Origin: Mytilus edulis
Taxonomy: Eukaryota
Reading direction: 5' to 3'
NCBI RefSeq assembly: GCF_963676685.1
Contig: NC_092353.1
Coordinates: 84,320,001-84,384,000, forward strand
Length of the DNA: 64,000 bases
In this document: positions 42,401-55,400 of the stretch, one piece after another
Layout: the number at the start of each line of letters is the position of its first letter
How positions within the stretch are numbered: position 1 is the stretch's first letter
Notes under the pieces: model-generated
Told to the model about the DNA's origin: nothing
What the model saw: the letters and a program-made list of their open reading frames with translations, nothing else
Databases searched by the model: none
Translations under genes and position numbers: made by a program

Positions 42401-45400
42401 AACTACTTTAGCATGTCCATCATGACAAGCAATGATCAGAGGTGATACTTATTCATCATCACACTTATTAATGTCAGCCTTATTGTTTATTAACATCTGA
42501 ACTACTTCAGTATGTTCTTTCTGACAAGCAATGTACAGAGGTGATACCTCTTCATCATCACACTTATTAATGTCAGCCTTATTGTTTATTAACATCTGAA
42601 CTACTTCAGTATGTCCATCATGACAAGCAATGTACAGAGGTGATACTTATTCATCATCACACTTATTAAAGTCAGCCTTATTGTTTATTAACATCTAAAC
42701 TACTTCAGTATGATCTTTCTGACAAGCAATGATCAGAGGTGATGATCCAGTATCTCTACACTTATTAATGTCTGCCTTATTGTTGATTAACATCTGAACT
42801 ACTTCAGTATGTCCTTTCTGACAAGCAATGTACAGAGGTGATGATCCAGTATCTCTATACTTATTAATGTCAGCCTTATTGTTTATTAACATCTGAACTA
42901 CTTCAGTATGTCCTTTATAACAAGACATGTACAGAGGTGATTCTCCAGTATCTCTACACTTATTAATGTCTGCCTTATTGTTTATTAACATCTGAACTAC
43001 TTCAATATGTCCTTTCTGACAAGCAATGTACAGAGGTGATGATCCAGTTTTTCTACACTTATTAATGTCTGACTTATTGTTTATTAACATCTGAACTACT
43101 TCAGTATATCCACCATGACAAGCTATGTACAGAGGTGACACTTCATCATAATCACACTTATTAATGTCAGCCTTATTGTTTATTAACATCTGAACTACTT
43201 CAGTATGTTCTTTCTGACAAGCAATGATCAGAGGTGATGATCCAGTTGTTCTACACTTATTAATGTCAGCCTTATTGTTTATTAACATCTGAACTACTTC
43301 AGTATGTCCTTCCTGACAAGCAATGAACAGAGGTGATACTTCTTCATCGTCACACTTATTTATGCCAGCCTTATTGTTTATTAACATCTGAACTACTTCA
43401 GTATGTCCTTTATAACAAGCAATGTACAGAGGTGATTCTCCAGTATCTCTACACTTATTAATGTCTGCTTTATTGTTTATTAACATCTGAACTACTTCAG
43501 TATGTCCTTTCCAACAAGCAATAAACAGAGGTGATTCTTCAGTATCTCTACACTTATGAATGTCTGCTTGATTGTTTGTTAACATCTGAACTACTGCAGT
43601 ATGCCCTTTCCAACAAGCAATGTACAGAGTCGATTCTCCAGTATCTCTACACTTATTAATGTCTGCCTTATTGTTTATTAACATCTGAACTACTTCAGTA
43701 TGTCCTTTCTGACAAGCAATGTACAGAGGTGATGATCCACTTTTTCTACACTTATTAATGTCTGACTTATTGTTTATTAACATCTTAACTACTTCAGTAT
43801 ATCCACCATGACAAGCAATGTACAGAGGTGATACTTCATCATCATCACACTTATTAATGTCAGCCTTATTGTTTATTAACATCTGAACTACTTCAGTATG
43901 TTCTTTCTGACAAGCAATGATCAGAGGTGATGATCCAGTATCTCTACACTTATTAATGTCTGCGTTATTGTTGATTAACATCTGAACTACTTCAGTATGT
44001 CCTTTCTGACAAGCAATGTACAGAGGTGATGATCCAGTATCTCTATACTTATTAATGTCAGCCTTATTGTTTATTAACATCTGAACTACTTCAGTATGTC
44101 CATTATAACAAGACATGTACAGAGGTGATTCTCCAGTATCTCTACACTTATTAATGTCTGCCTTATTGTTTATTAACATCTGAACTACTTCAATATGTCC
44201 TTTCTGACAAGCAATGTACAGAGGTGATGATCCAGTTTTTCTACACTTATTAATGTCTGACTTATTGTTTATTAACATCTGAACTACTTCAGTATATCCA
44301 CCATGACAAGCTATGTACAGAGGTGACACTTCATCATAATCACACTTATTAATGTCAGCCTTATTGTTTATTAACATCTGAACTACTTCAGTATGTACTT
44401 TCTGACAAGCAATGATCAGAGGTGATGATCCAGTTGTTCTACACTTATTAATGTCAGCCTTATTGTTTATTAACATCTGAACTACTTCAGTATGTCCTTC
44501 CTGACAATCAATGTACAGAGGTGATACTTCTTCATCGTCACACTTATTTATGCCAGCCTTATTGTTTATTAACATCTGAACTACTTCAGTATGTCCTTTA
44601 TAACAAGCAATGTACAGAGGTGATTCTCCAGTATCTCTACACTTATTAATGTCTGCTTTACTGTTTATTAACATCTGAACTACTTCTTTATGTCCTTTCC
44701 AACAAGCAATAAACAGAGGTGATTCTTCAGTATCTCTACACTTATTAATGTCTGCTTGATTGTTTGTTAACATCTGAACTACTGCAGTATGCCCTTTCCA
44801 ACAAGCAATGTACAGAGTCGATTCTCCAGTATCTCTACACTTATTCATGTCTGCCTTATTGTTTATTAACATCTGAACTACTTCAGTATGTCCTTTCTGA
44901 CAAGCAATGTACAGAGGTGATGATCCACTTTTTCTACACTTATTAATGTCTGACTTATTGTTTATTAACATCTTAACTACTTCAGTATATCCACCATGAC
45001 AAGCAATGTACAGAGGTGATACTTCATCATCATCACACTTATTAATGTCAGCCTTATTGTTTATTAACATCTGAACTACTTCAGTATGTTCTTTCTGACA
45101 AGCAATGATCACAGGTGATGATCCAGTTTTTCTACGTTTATTAATGTCAGCCTTATTGTTTATTAACATCTGAACTACTTCAGTATGTCCCTTCTGACAA
45201 GCAATGTACAGAGGTGATGATCCAGTATTTCTACACTTATTAATGTCAGCCTTATTGTTTATTAACATCTGAACTACTTCAGTATGTCCTTTATAACAAG
45301 CAATGTACAGAGGTGATTCTCCAGTATCTCTACACCTATTAATGTCTGCGTTATTGTTTATTAACATCTGAACAACTTCAGTATGTCCTTCCTGACAAGC

Positions 45401-48006
45401 AATGTACAGAGGTGATACTTCTTCATCATCACACTTATTTATGCCAGCCTTATTGTTTATCAACATCTGAACTACTTCAGTATATATTTTATAACAAGCA
45501 ATGTACAGAGGTGATGATCCAGTATCTCTACACTTATTTATGTCAGCCTTATTGTTTATTAACATCTAAACTACTTCAGTATGATCTTTCTGACAAGCAA
45601 TGATCAGAGGTGATGATCCAGTTTTCTACACTTATCAATGTCTGCCTTATTGTTTATTAACATCTAAACTACTTCAGTATGTCCTTTCTTACAAGCAATG
45701 TACAGAGGTGATGATCCAGTATCTCTATACTAATTAATGTCAGCATTATTGTTTATTAACATCTGAACTACTTCAGTATGTCCTTTATAACGAGCAATGT
45801 ACAGAGGTGATTCTCCAGTATCTCTACACTTATTAATGTCTGCCTTATTGTTTATTAAAATCTGAACTACTTCAGTATGTCCTTTCTGACAAGCAATGTA
45901 CAGAGGTGATGATCCAGTATCTCTACACTTATTAATGTCTGCCTTATTGTTTATTAACATCTGAACTACTTCAGTATGTCCTTTCTGACAAGCAATGTAC
46001 AGAGGTGATGATCCAGTATCTCTATACTTATTAATGTCAGCCTTATTGTTTATTAACATCTGAACTACTTCAGTATGTCCTTTGTAATAAGAACTGTACA
46101 GAGGTGATTCTCCAGTATCTCTACACTTATTAATGTCTGCCTTATTGTTTATTAACATCTGAACTACTTCAATATGTCCTTTCTGACAAGCAATGTACAG
46201 AGGTGATGATCCAGTTTTTCTACACTTATTAATGTCTGACTTATTGTTTATTAACATCTGAACTACTTCAGTATATCCACCATGACAAGCTATGTACAGA
46301 GGTGACACTTCATCATAATCACACTTATTAATGTCAGCCTTATTGTTTATTAACATCTGAACTACTTCAGTATGTTCTTTCTGACAAGCAATGATCAGAG
46401 GTGATGATCCAGTTGTTCTACACTTATTAATGTCAGCCTTATTGTTTATTAACATCTGAACTACTTCAGTATGTCCTTCCTGACAAGCAATGTACAGAGG
46501 TGATACTTCTTCATCGTCACACTTATTTATGCCAGCCTTATTGTTTATTAACATCTGAACTACTTCAGTATGTCCTTTATAACAAGCAATGTACAGAGGT
46601 GATTCTCCAGTATCTCTACACTTATTAATGTCTGCTTTATTGTTTATTAAAATCTGAACTACTTCGGTATGTCCTTTCCAACAAGCAATAAACAGAGGTG
46701 ATTCTTCAGTATCTCTACACTTATTAATGTCTGCTTGATTGTTTGTTAACATCTGAACTACTGCAGTATGCCCTTTCCAACAAGCAATGTACAGAGTCGA
46801 TTCTCCTGTATCTCTACACTTATTAATGTCTGCCTTATTGTTTATTAACATCTGAACTACTTCAGTATGTCCTTTCTGACAAGCAATGTACAGAGGTGAT
46901 GATCCACTTTTTCTACACTTATTAATGTCTGACTTATTGTTTATCAACATCTGAACTACTTCAGTATATCCACCATGACAAGCAATGTACAGAGGTGATA
47001 CTTCATCATCATCACACTTATTAATGTCAGCCTTATTGTTTATTAACATCTGAACTACTTCAGTATGTTCTTTCTGACAAGCAATGATCACAGGTGATGA
47101 TCCAGTTTTTCTACATTTATTAATGTCAGCCTTATTGTTTATTAACATCTGAACTACTTCAGTATGTCCTTTCTGACAAGTAATGTACAGAGGTGATGAT
47201 CCAGTATCTCTACACTTATTAATGTCAGCCTTATTGTTTATTAACATCTGAACTACTTCAGTATGTCCCTTCTGACAAGCAATGTACAGAGGTGATGATC
47301 CAGTATTTCTACACTTATTAATGTCAGCCTTATTGTTTATTAACATCTGAACTACTTCAGTATGTCCTTTATAACAAGCAATGTACAGAGGTGATTCTCC
47401 AATATCTCTACACTTATTAATGTCTGCCTTATTGTTTATTAACATCTGAACAACTTCAGTATGTCCTTCCTGACAAGCAATGTACAGAGGTGATACTTCT
47501 TCATCATCACACTTATTTATGCCAGCCTTATTGTTTATCAACATCTGAACTACTACAGTATATCCTTTATAACAAGCAATGTACAGAGGTGATTCTCCAG
47601 TATCTCTACACTTATTTATGTCTGCCTTATTGTTTATTAACATCTGAACTACTTCAGTATGTCCTTTCCAACAAGCAATGTACAGAGGTGATTCTCCAGT
47701 ATCTCTGCACTTATCAATGTCTGCCTTATTGTTTATTAACATCTAAACTACTACAGTATATCCTTTATAACAAGCAATGTACAGAGGTGATTCTCCAGTA
47801 TCTCTACACTTATTTATGTCTGCCTGATTGTTTGTTAACATCTGAACTACTTCAGTATGTCCTTTCCAACAAGCCATGTACAGAGGCGATTCTCCAGTAT
47901 CTCTGCACTTATCAATGTCTGCCTTATTGTTTATTAACATCTAAACTACTTCAGTATGTTCTTTCTTACAAGCAATGTACAGAGGTGATGATCCAGTATC
48001 TCTATA
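39479..48006 (-). pseudogene. Disabled distal part of the ankyrin array plus ancestral C-terminal capping repeat
   Basis: Nonsense codons at 47941, 47743, 45730, 45664, 45566, 42695, 42647, 42449, 42251, 42095, 41852, 41327, 41252, 39984 (list may be incomplete). Frameshifts near 45620, 40838 and 39612-39618. Removing one base at the last gives ...DFLLKHKADCYRKWRGLTPLAITRRENHTNIVHLLERWNNNINYYA* with TAG at 39479-39481. Confidence 0.8.
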
Positions 48007-51000
48007 CTAATTAATGTCAGCATTATTGTTTATTAACATCTGAACTACTTCAGTATGTCCTTTATAACGAGCAATGTACAGAGGTGATTCTCCAGTATCT
48101 CTACACTTATTAATGTCTGCCTTATTGTTTATTAAAATCTCAACTACTTCAGTATGTCCTTTCTGACAAGCAATGTACAGAGGTGATGATCCAGTATCTC
48201 TACACTTATTAATGTCTGCCTTATTGTTTATTAACATCTGAACTACTTCAGTATGTCCTTTCTGACAAGCAATGTACAGAGGTGATGATCCAGTATCTCT
48301 ATACTTATTAATGTCAGCCTTATTGTTTATTAACATCTGAACTACTTCAGTATGTCCTTTGTAACAAGAACTGTACAGAGGTGATTCTCCAGTATCTCTA
48401 CACTTATTAATGTCTGCCTTATTGTTTATTAACATCTGAACTACTTCAATATGTCCTTTCTGACAAGCAATGTACAGAGGTGATGATCCAGTTTTTCTAC
48501 ACTTATTAATGTCTGACTTATTGTTTATTAACATCTGAACTACTTCAGTATATCCACCATGACAAGCTATGTACAGAGGTGACACTTCATCATAATCACA
48601 CTTATTAATGTCAGCCTTATTGTTTATTAACATCTGAACTACTTCAGTATGTTCTTTCTGACAAGCAATGAGCAGAGGTGATGATCCAGTTGTTCTACAC
48701 TTATTAATGTCAGCCTTATTGTTTATTAACATCTGAACTACTTCAGTATGTCCTTCCTGACAAGCAATGTACAGAGGTGATACTTCTTCATCGTCACACT
48801 TATTTATGCCAGCCCTATTGTTTATTAACATCTGAACTACTTCAGTATGTCCTTTATAACAAGCAATGTACAGAGGTGATTCTCCAGTATCTCTACACTT
48901 ATTAATGTCTGCTTTATTGTTTATTAACATCTGAACTACTTCGGTATGTCCTTTCCAACAAGCAATAAACAGGGGTGATTCTTCAGTATCTCTACACTTA
49001 TTAATGTCTGCTTGATTGTTTGTTAACATCTGAACTACTGCAGTATGCCCTTTCCAACAAGCAATGTACAGAGTCGATTCTCCAGTATCTCTACACTTAT
49101 TAATGTCTGCCTTATTGTTTATTAATATCTGAACTACTTCAGTATGTCCTTTCTGACAAGCAATGTACAGAGGTGATGATCCACTTTTTCTACACTTATT
49201 AATGTCTGACTTATTGTTTATCAACATCTGAACTACTTCAGTATATCCACCATGACAAGCAATGTACAGAGGTGATACTTCATCATCATCACACTTATTA
49301 ATGTCAGCCTTATTGCTTATTAACATCTGAACTACTTCAGTATGTTCTTTCTGACAAGCAATGATCACAGGTGATGATCCAGTTTTTCTACATTTATTAA
49401 TGTCAGCCTTATTGTTTATTAACATCTGAACTACTTCAGTATGTCCTTTCTGACAAGCAATGTACAGAGGTGATGATCCAGTATCTCTACACTTATTAAT
49501 GTCAGCCTTATTGTTTATTAACATCTGAACTACTTCAGTATGTCCCTTCTGACAAGCAATGTACAGAGGTGATGATCCAGTATTTCTACACTTATTAATG
49601 TCAGCCTTATTGTTTATTAACATCTGAACTACTTCAGTATGTCCTTTATAACAAGCAATGTACAGAGGTGATTCTCCAGTATCTCTACACCTATTAATGT
49701 CTGCCTTATTGTTTATTAACATCTGAACAACTTCAGTATGTCCTTCCTGACAAGAAATGTACAGAGGTGATACTTCTTCATCATCACACTTATTTATGCC
49801 AGCCTTATTGTTTATCAACATCTGAACTACTACAGTATATCCTTTATAACAAGCAATGTACAGAGGTGATTCTCCAGTATCTCTACACTTATTTATGTCT
49901 GCCTTATTGTTTATTAACATCTGAACTACTTCAGTATGTCCTTTCCAACAAGCAATGTACAGAGGTGATTCTCCAGTATCTCTACACTTATTAATGTCTG
50001 CCTGATTGTTTGTTAACATCTGAACTACTTCAGTATGTCCTTTCCAACAAGCCATGTACAGAGGCGATTCTCCAGTATCTCTGCACTTATTAATGTCTGC
50101 CTTATTGTTTATCAACATCTGAACTATTTCAGTATGTCCTTTATAACAAGCAATGTACAGAGGTGATTCTCCAGTATCTCTGCACTTCTTAATGTCTGCC
50201 TTATTGTTTATTAACATCTGAACTACTTCAGTATGTCCTTTCCAACAAGCCATGTACAGAGGTGATTCTCCAATATCTCTACACTTATTAATGTCTGCCT
50301 TATTGTTTATTAACATCTGAACTACTTCAGTATGCCCTTTCCAACAAGCAATGTACAGAGGCGATTCTCCAGTATATCTACACTTATTAATGTCTGCCTT
50401 ATTGTTAATTAACATCTGAACTACTTCAGTATGTCCTTTCTGACAAGTAATGTACAGAGGCGATGCTCCAGTATCTCTACACTTATTAATGTTTGCCTTA
50501 TTGTTTATTAACATCTGAACTACTTCAGTATGTCCTTCATGACAAGCAATGTACAGAGGTGATACTTCTTCATCATTACACTTATAAACGTCTGCCTGAT
50601 TTTTTATTAACATCTGAACTACTTCAGTGTGTCCTTCCTGACAAGCAATGTACAGAGGTGATATTTCTTTATCATCACACTTATTTATGTCAGCCTTATT
50701 GTTTATTAACATCTGAACTACTTCAGTATGTCCGTTCCAACAAGCAAAGTACAGAGGTGATACTTCGTCATCATCACACTTATTAATGTCTGCCTTATTG
50801 TTTATTAACATCTCAACTACTTCAGTATGTCCTTTCTGACAAGCAATGTACAGAGGTGATGATCCAGTATCTCTACACTTATTAATGTCTGCCTTATTGT
50901 TTATTAACATCTGAACTACTTCAGTATGTCCTTTCTGACAAGCAATGTACAGAGGTGATGATCCAGTATCTCTATACTTATTAATGTCAGCCTTATTGTT

Positions 51001-51170
51001 TATTAACATCTGAACTACTTCAGTATGTCCTTTGTAATAAGAACTGTACAGAGGTGATTCTCCAGTATCTCTACACTTATTAATGTCTGCCTTATTGTTT
51101 ATTAACATCTGAACTACTTCAGTATGTCCTTCCTGACAAGCAATGCACATAGGTGATTCTCCATCACTAT
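39600..51170 (-). repeat. Tandem array of ~116 ankyrin-encoding 99-bp units (a few 102 or 96 bp)
   Basis: Consensus xxxxSPLYIACxxGHTEVVQMLINNKADINKC repeats continuously. 11.57 kb / 99 bp gives ~116-117 units (estimate). Confidence 0.97.
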
Positions 51171-52487
51171 CACGACTATGGTTTACATTATTGGTATAAT
51201 GATGGAGACACCATTTAACTAAATCAATATTTCCTATAAAACAACACTGTATTAATGGAGTACTGTTGTCAGTGTCATATGAACTGGCCAATTGTTTTTG
51301 TTGTGATATTGCTAAGCTTTTTATATGAAGTAGTAATTGTTTTCCGAAGATGCAATCGTCCATATTGATGTTACAGAAAACATCCACTACCTTTCCTCTT
51401 GACCAGTCATCAACCATTCTGTTTAGATACATTTGCTGATATTTTTTTGGTACAATAATTGTAAATTCATCATTTTTGCTTTTTCTTTCAAATAAAAATC
51501 TTTCACTAATAAATTGACTTGTAGTATTATTAATTAAACAATAAATCATTTTATTGCCAAAGTAAAAAGCAAGAAAGTCAAATAGCTTGTCATGAATGGT
51601 TCTGTAGACTTCACCATCCTTTCTGATGTATGTACGTGTAAGTGAATCTAGCTCATCACGTAAAACCAATCGTGACGTCCCTTCAACCACTTTACAAGCT
51701 TCATATGTGTTCTTTATAATTGTTTTGATGTTTTCATTCACATGTTCAGTAAGCCATTCTTCTTTCAACTGATTGTTAAACATTACACATAGAGCAAGTG
51801 CACAGTATTTGACATGTGCTCCCTCTGTCTGTAATTTATCTATCTCTTCTTTGTAAACTGTAAATGGATTCGTAAAGAAATTTACAATGTTCAGTTTTGG
51901 GTTTTTGCTGTACAATTGACACAAAAGAGGAAAACAGTCAAACATGTCAAACAATTCACTGATATCAGAAGCGTTTGTTTTCAGGTAAAATTCAGCAATG
52001 GATTGTTTTTCTGTTTTCAATAAACACAAATCGGCAGACTGAAGATTGCATTCACAAGTTTGAAAGAATGATAACGCTTTCATTTGCCTATCCCTATAAA
52101 CCTGTAGTCTACAAGACATTATTAACTTCACTTGTTTCTTTTCTACTAATGTCTTGATTTTTTCCATAACATTTTTCCAGGTTTCTAACTTCATTGGATT
52201 TAAACTATATGTTCCACAAAAATCATCCACTACAAACAATGTCTTCTTACTTGGATCGTACCACTTGATGATTTCCTTTGGATTTGATACTGATAAAATC
52301 TCATAGCCTTCATTTTGCATCTGTAAAGCTACGTGACGCACCAATGATGTTTTCCCTGTACCAGAACTTGCTGTGACAACAACACAACCATTTTCTTTAA
52401 TGCACTTTAATACACATTTTGCTCCGTTTGTTTCTATAAATGTTTTGTCATCTTCTTTCCAGTTTTCTAATTCCTCATTAATTTGTC
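48007..52487 (-). CDS. Coding exon 4: nSTAND3-type P-loop NTPase, helical region, ~32 ankyrin repeats
   Basis: Acceptor TTTTCTTTTCCAG ends at 52488, extending the listed ORF 5' to GQINEELENWKEDD.... Walker A ASSGTGKT at 52348-52371, Walker B LFVVDD. Canonical ankyrin units start near 51165. Confidence 0.9.
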
Positions 52488-55400
52488 CTGGAAAAGAAAA
52501 TTTGACAACTCTTTTAATACTTCTTTTTTAAGATGAAAGTTCAGAAATATTTGACATATATGATAAAGAAAATTTGCTTGACATATGGTATAAACAACAG
52601 GCTTGACCTATCCATGCTATGTATAGGTAAAAGACTTGACATACGGTATGAACAATTTGCTTGTCAAATGGTATAGACAAAAGGCTAGACATATGGTATG
52701 GACAAAAGGCTTGACCTATGAATACTATGTATTTAGGCAAAAGGCTTCACATACGTATTTATAATTTGCTTGAAAATAAGTATAGACAAAAGGCTTGGAT
52801 ACGGTGTCGAAAAAGGGCTTGACCTACAGTATAGACAAAAGGCTCAACCTATGGTATAGACAAAGGCTTGACCTATAATAAATAAAGGCAACAGTAGTTT
52901 ACCGCTGTTCAAAACTGATAAATCCATGGAAAAAAACAAAATCGGGGTAACAACCTAAACCCGATGGAAACGCATTTCACAATGATATGCACTGGAAATA
53001 GGTTTGGAATATGATAATTTGCCAGACATAGTGTATGGACAAAAGGCTTGACTTATAAATGCTATGTATTTATGACTTATAATATGGACAATTCACTTAA
53101 CATATGGTTTAGATTTGATTTTTGAATTTTGGTGTTTTAACCGCTTTTTGTTATATTTCATGGCGGTTTGTATTGGTGGAGGAAGCCCGAGTGCCTGGAG
53201 ACCACCACCGACCTTCGATATATGGTTTAAACATTTCACTTGACATATGGTTCACATAACTGACATAACATCTATAGGGTATGGATACTTGACTTGACAT
53301 ATTATATAGACATTTCACTTGACATACTGTACATATAATTGACATAACATCTATAGGGTATAGATAACTGACATAACATCAATAGGGTATGGATAATTGA
53401 CTTGACATATGATATAGACATCACTTGACATAGGGTACTATATAAATAACATATAGCTGAGAGGGTGATAGAGCAGATTGGTACCCCGAGAAAACATTGT
53501 CAACCGCGGCGAAGCCAAGGTTGACAATGCCTTTTCGAGGGGTTCCAATCTGCTCTATCACCCTCTCAGCTATGTGTTATTTAATTTATTATACTGAATG
53601 TTCTGTTATTACTGTCGATTTTTTAAATTCAAAGTAATAAACTGTGACATCTTGTACATAACCATCCGTATTTAGTAAAGCGCACACTTGATCAAACGTC
53701 TCCGTGAAGGGTAATAGAGTATTTGCCATAGGATAGTGTCGTATTGAATAAAGCGCACACTTGATCAAGCGTCTCTGGGAAGGGTGATAGAGTATTTGTC
53801 ATAGGATAGAGTCGTATTTAATAAAGCGCACACTTGATCAAGCGTCTCCATGAAGGGTAATAGAGTAAATTGACACCCTCGTATTAGCCAATCAAAATCT
53901 GGCATTTTGACATGAAGTATAATAAATATAATTGACATAACATCTATACGGTATAGATAACTGACATAACATCTATAGGGTGTGGATAATTGACTTGACA
54001 TATAATATAGACATTTCACTTGACAAACGGTACATATAATTGACATAACATCTATAGGGTATAACTGACATAACATCTATAGGGTTTGGATAATTGACTT
54101 GACATATAATATAGACATTTCACTTGACATACGGTACATATAATTGACATAACATCTATAGGGTAAAGATAACTGACACAACATCTATAGGGTACGGATA
54201 ATTGACTTGACATATGATATAGACCTTTTAATCGACATAGGGTACATATAATTGACATAACATATATAGGGTACAGATAACTGACATAACATCTATAGGG
54301 TATGGATAATTGACTTGACATATGATATAGACACTTCACTTGACATAGGGTACAGATAATTGACATAACATCTATAAGGTACAGATAATTGACACAACAT
54401 CTATAGGGTATGGAAAATTGACATAACATCTATAGGGTATGGATAATTGACTTGACATATGATATGGTATCATATGGATATATGGTATGGACGATTGACT
54501 TCACATGAAGTATGGACAACTATCTTTACATATGGTATGGACAAGTAATTTGATGTCTGGTATAGACAATTAAATTGATATATGGTATAGACAATTTGTA
54601 TGACTCATGGTGTAGACAATTGACTTGATATATGAAATGGAAAATTGACTTGACATATATGGTATGGACAACTAGTTTGACATAGTCATTGACTTTGAAT
54701 ATGGTATAGACATACTAAACTGATAGTTGACTTGATATATGGTAAAGCCAAGTGGTTTAACAATAGGTTTAGACAGTTGACTTGACATATGTGTAGCTAA
54801 ATGGCATCAGATTATATAAAGCCAGTTTTACTGGACATACGAGGGTCGTAATGGGTGTACCTTCACGATGAATAACTGTAAAAAATCGTGCCGAATGACG
54901 TTAACGGTAATTTTCGGTGGATAACGATAATATGTACACTTTCTTTAAGACGATTTAAAAGTCCAATGATTTTGACGAATCACATTAATTTTATTCCAAA
55001 AAACTATAATTATTTGAGACCTCTGACGAATCACGGTAAGGATATTTTGAGGAATCACGATAAAATTTAACCAATTAGACGCTATCAGTAGATGAAAATG
55101 ACCGTTTGACTCCTGACGGTAAAGGACATTACTATCCTCACATATGTGTAGCCAAATAACTTCAGATAAGATATAGACAATTGACTTGACATATGGTATA
55201 GCCAAGTGTAAGACATAAGGTATAGACAATTAGCTTGACATATGGTACCGAAAAGTAGTTTGAGATAACAGTTTACTTGGCATACGGTTAAGATAATTGT
55301 CTTGACATATCAAGCAAACAATTGCTATATGTTAGAAAAAGTGGTCGACATCAGGTAAGGACAAGTGACTTGACATATGGTTAATACAACTGGCTGGACA

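Noticed and set aside
39600-47940. Separate ankyrin genes for each listed minus-strand ORF
   Set aside because: They are contiguous pieces of one array split by point nonsense mutations and small indels, with no intergenic sequence or evident splice structure.
45566-48009. Programmed TAG readthrough or editing restoring the full-length protein
   Set aside because: The proximal stops are all TAG, but they are simple CAG>TAG or AAG>TAG changes copied by duplication, and frameshifts plus TAA/TGA stops occur further on. There is no positive evidence.
44764-50786. Plus-strand ORFs (MILLHHHTYLCQPYC...) inside the ankyrin array
   Set aside because: Antisense shadows of the repeat, with no independent coding signal.
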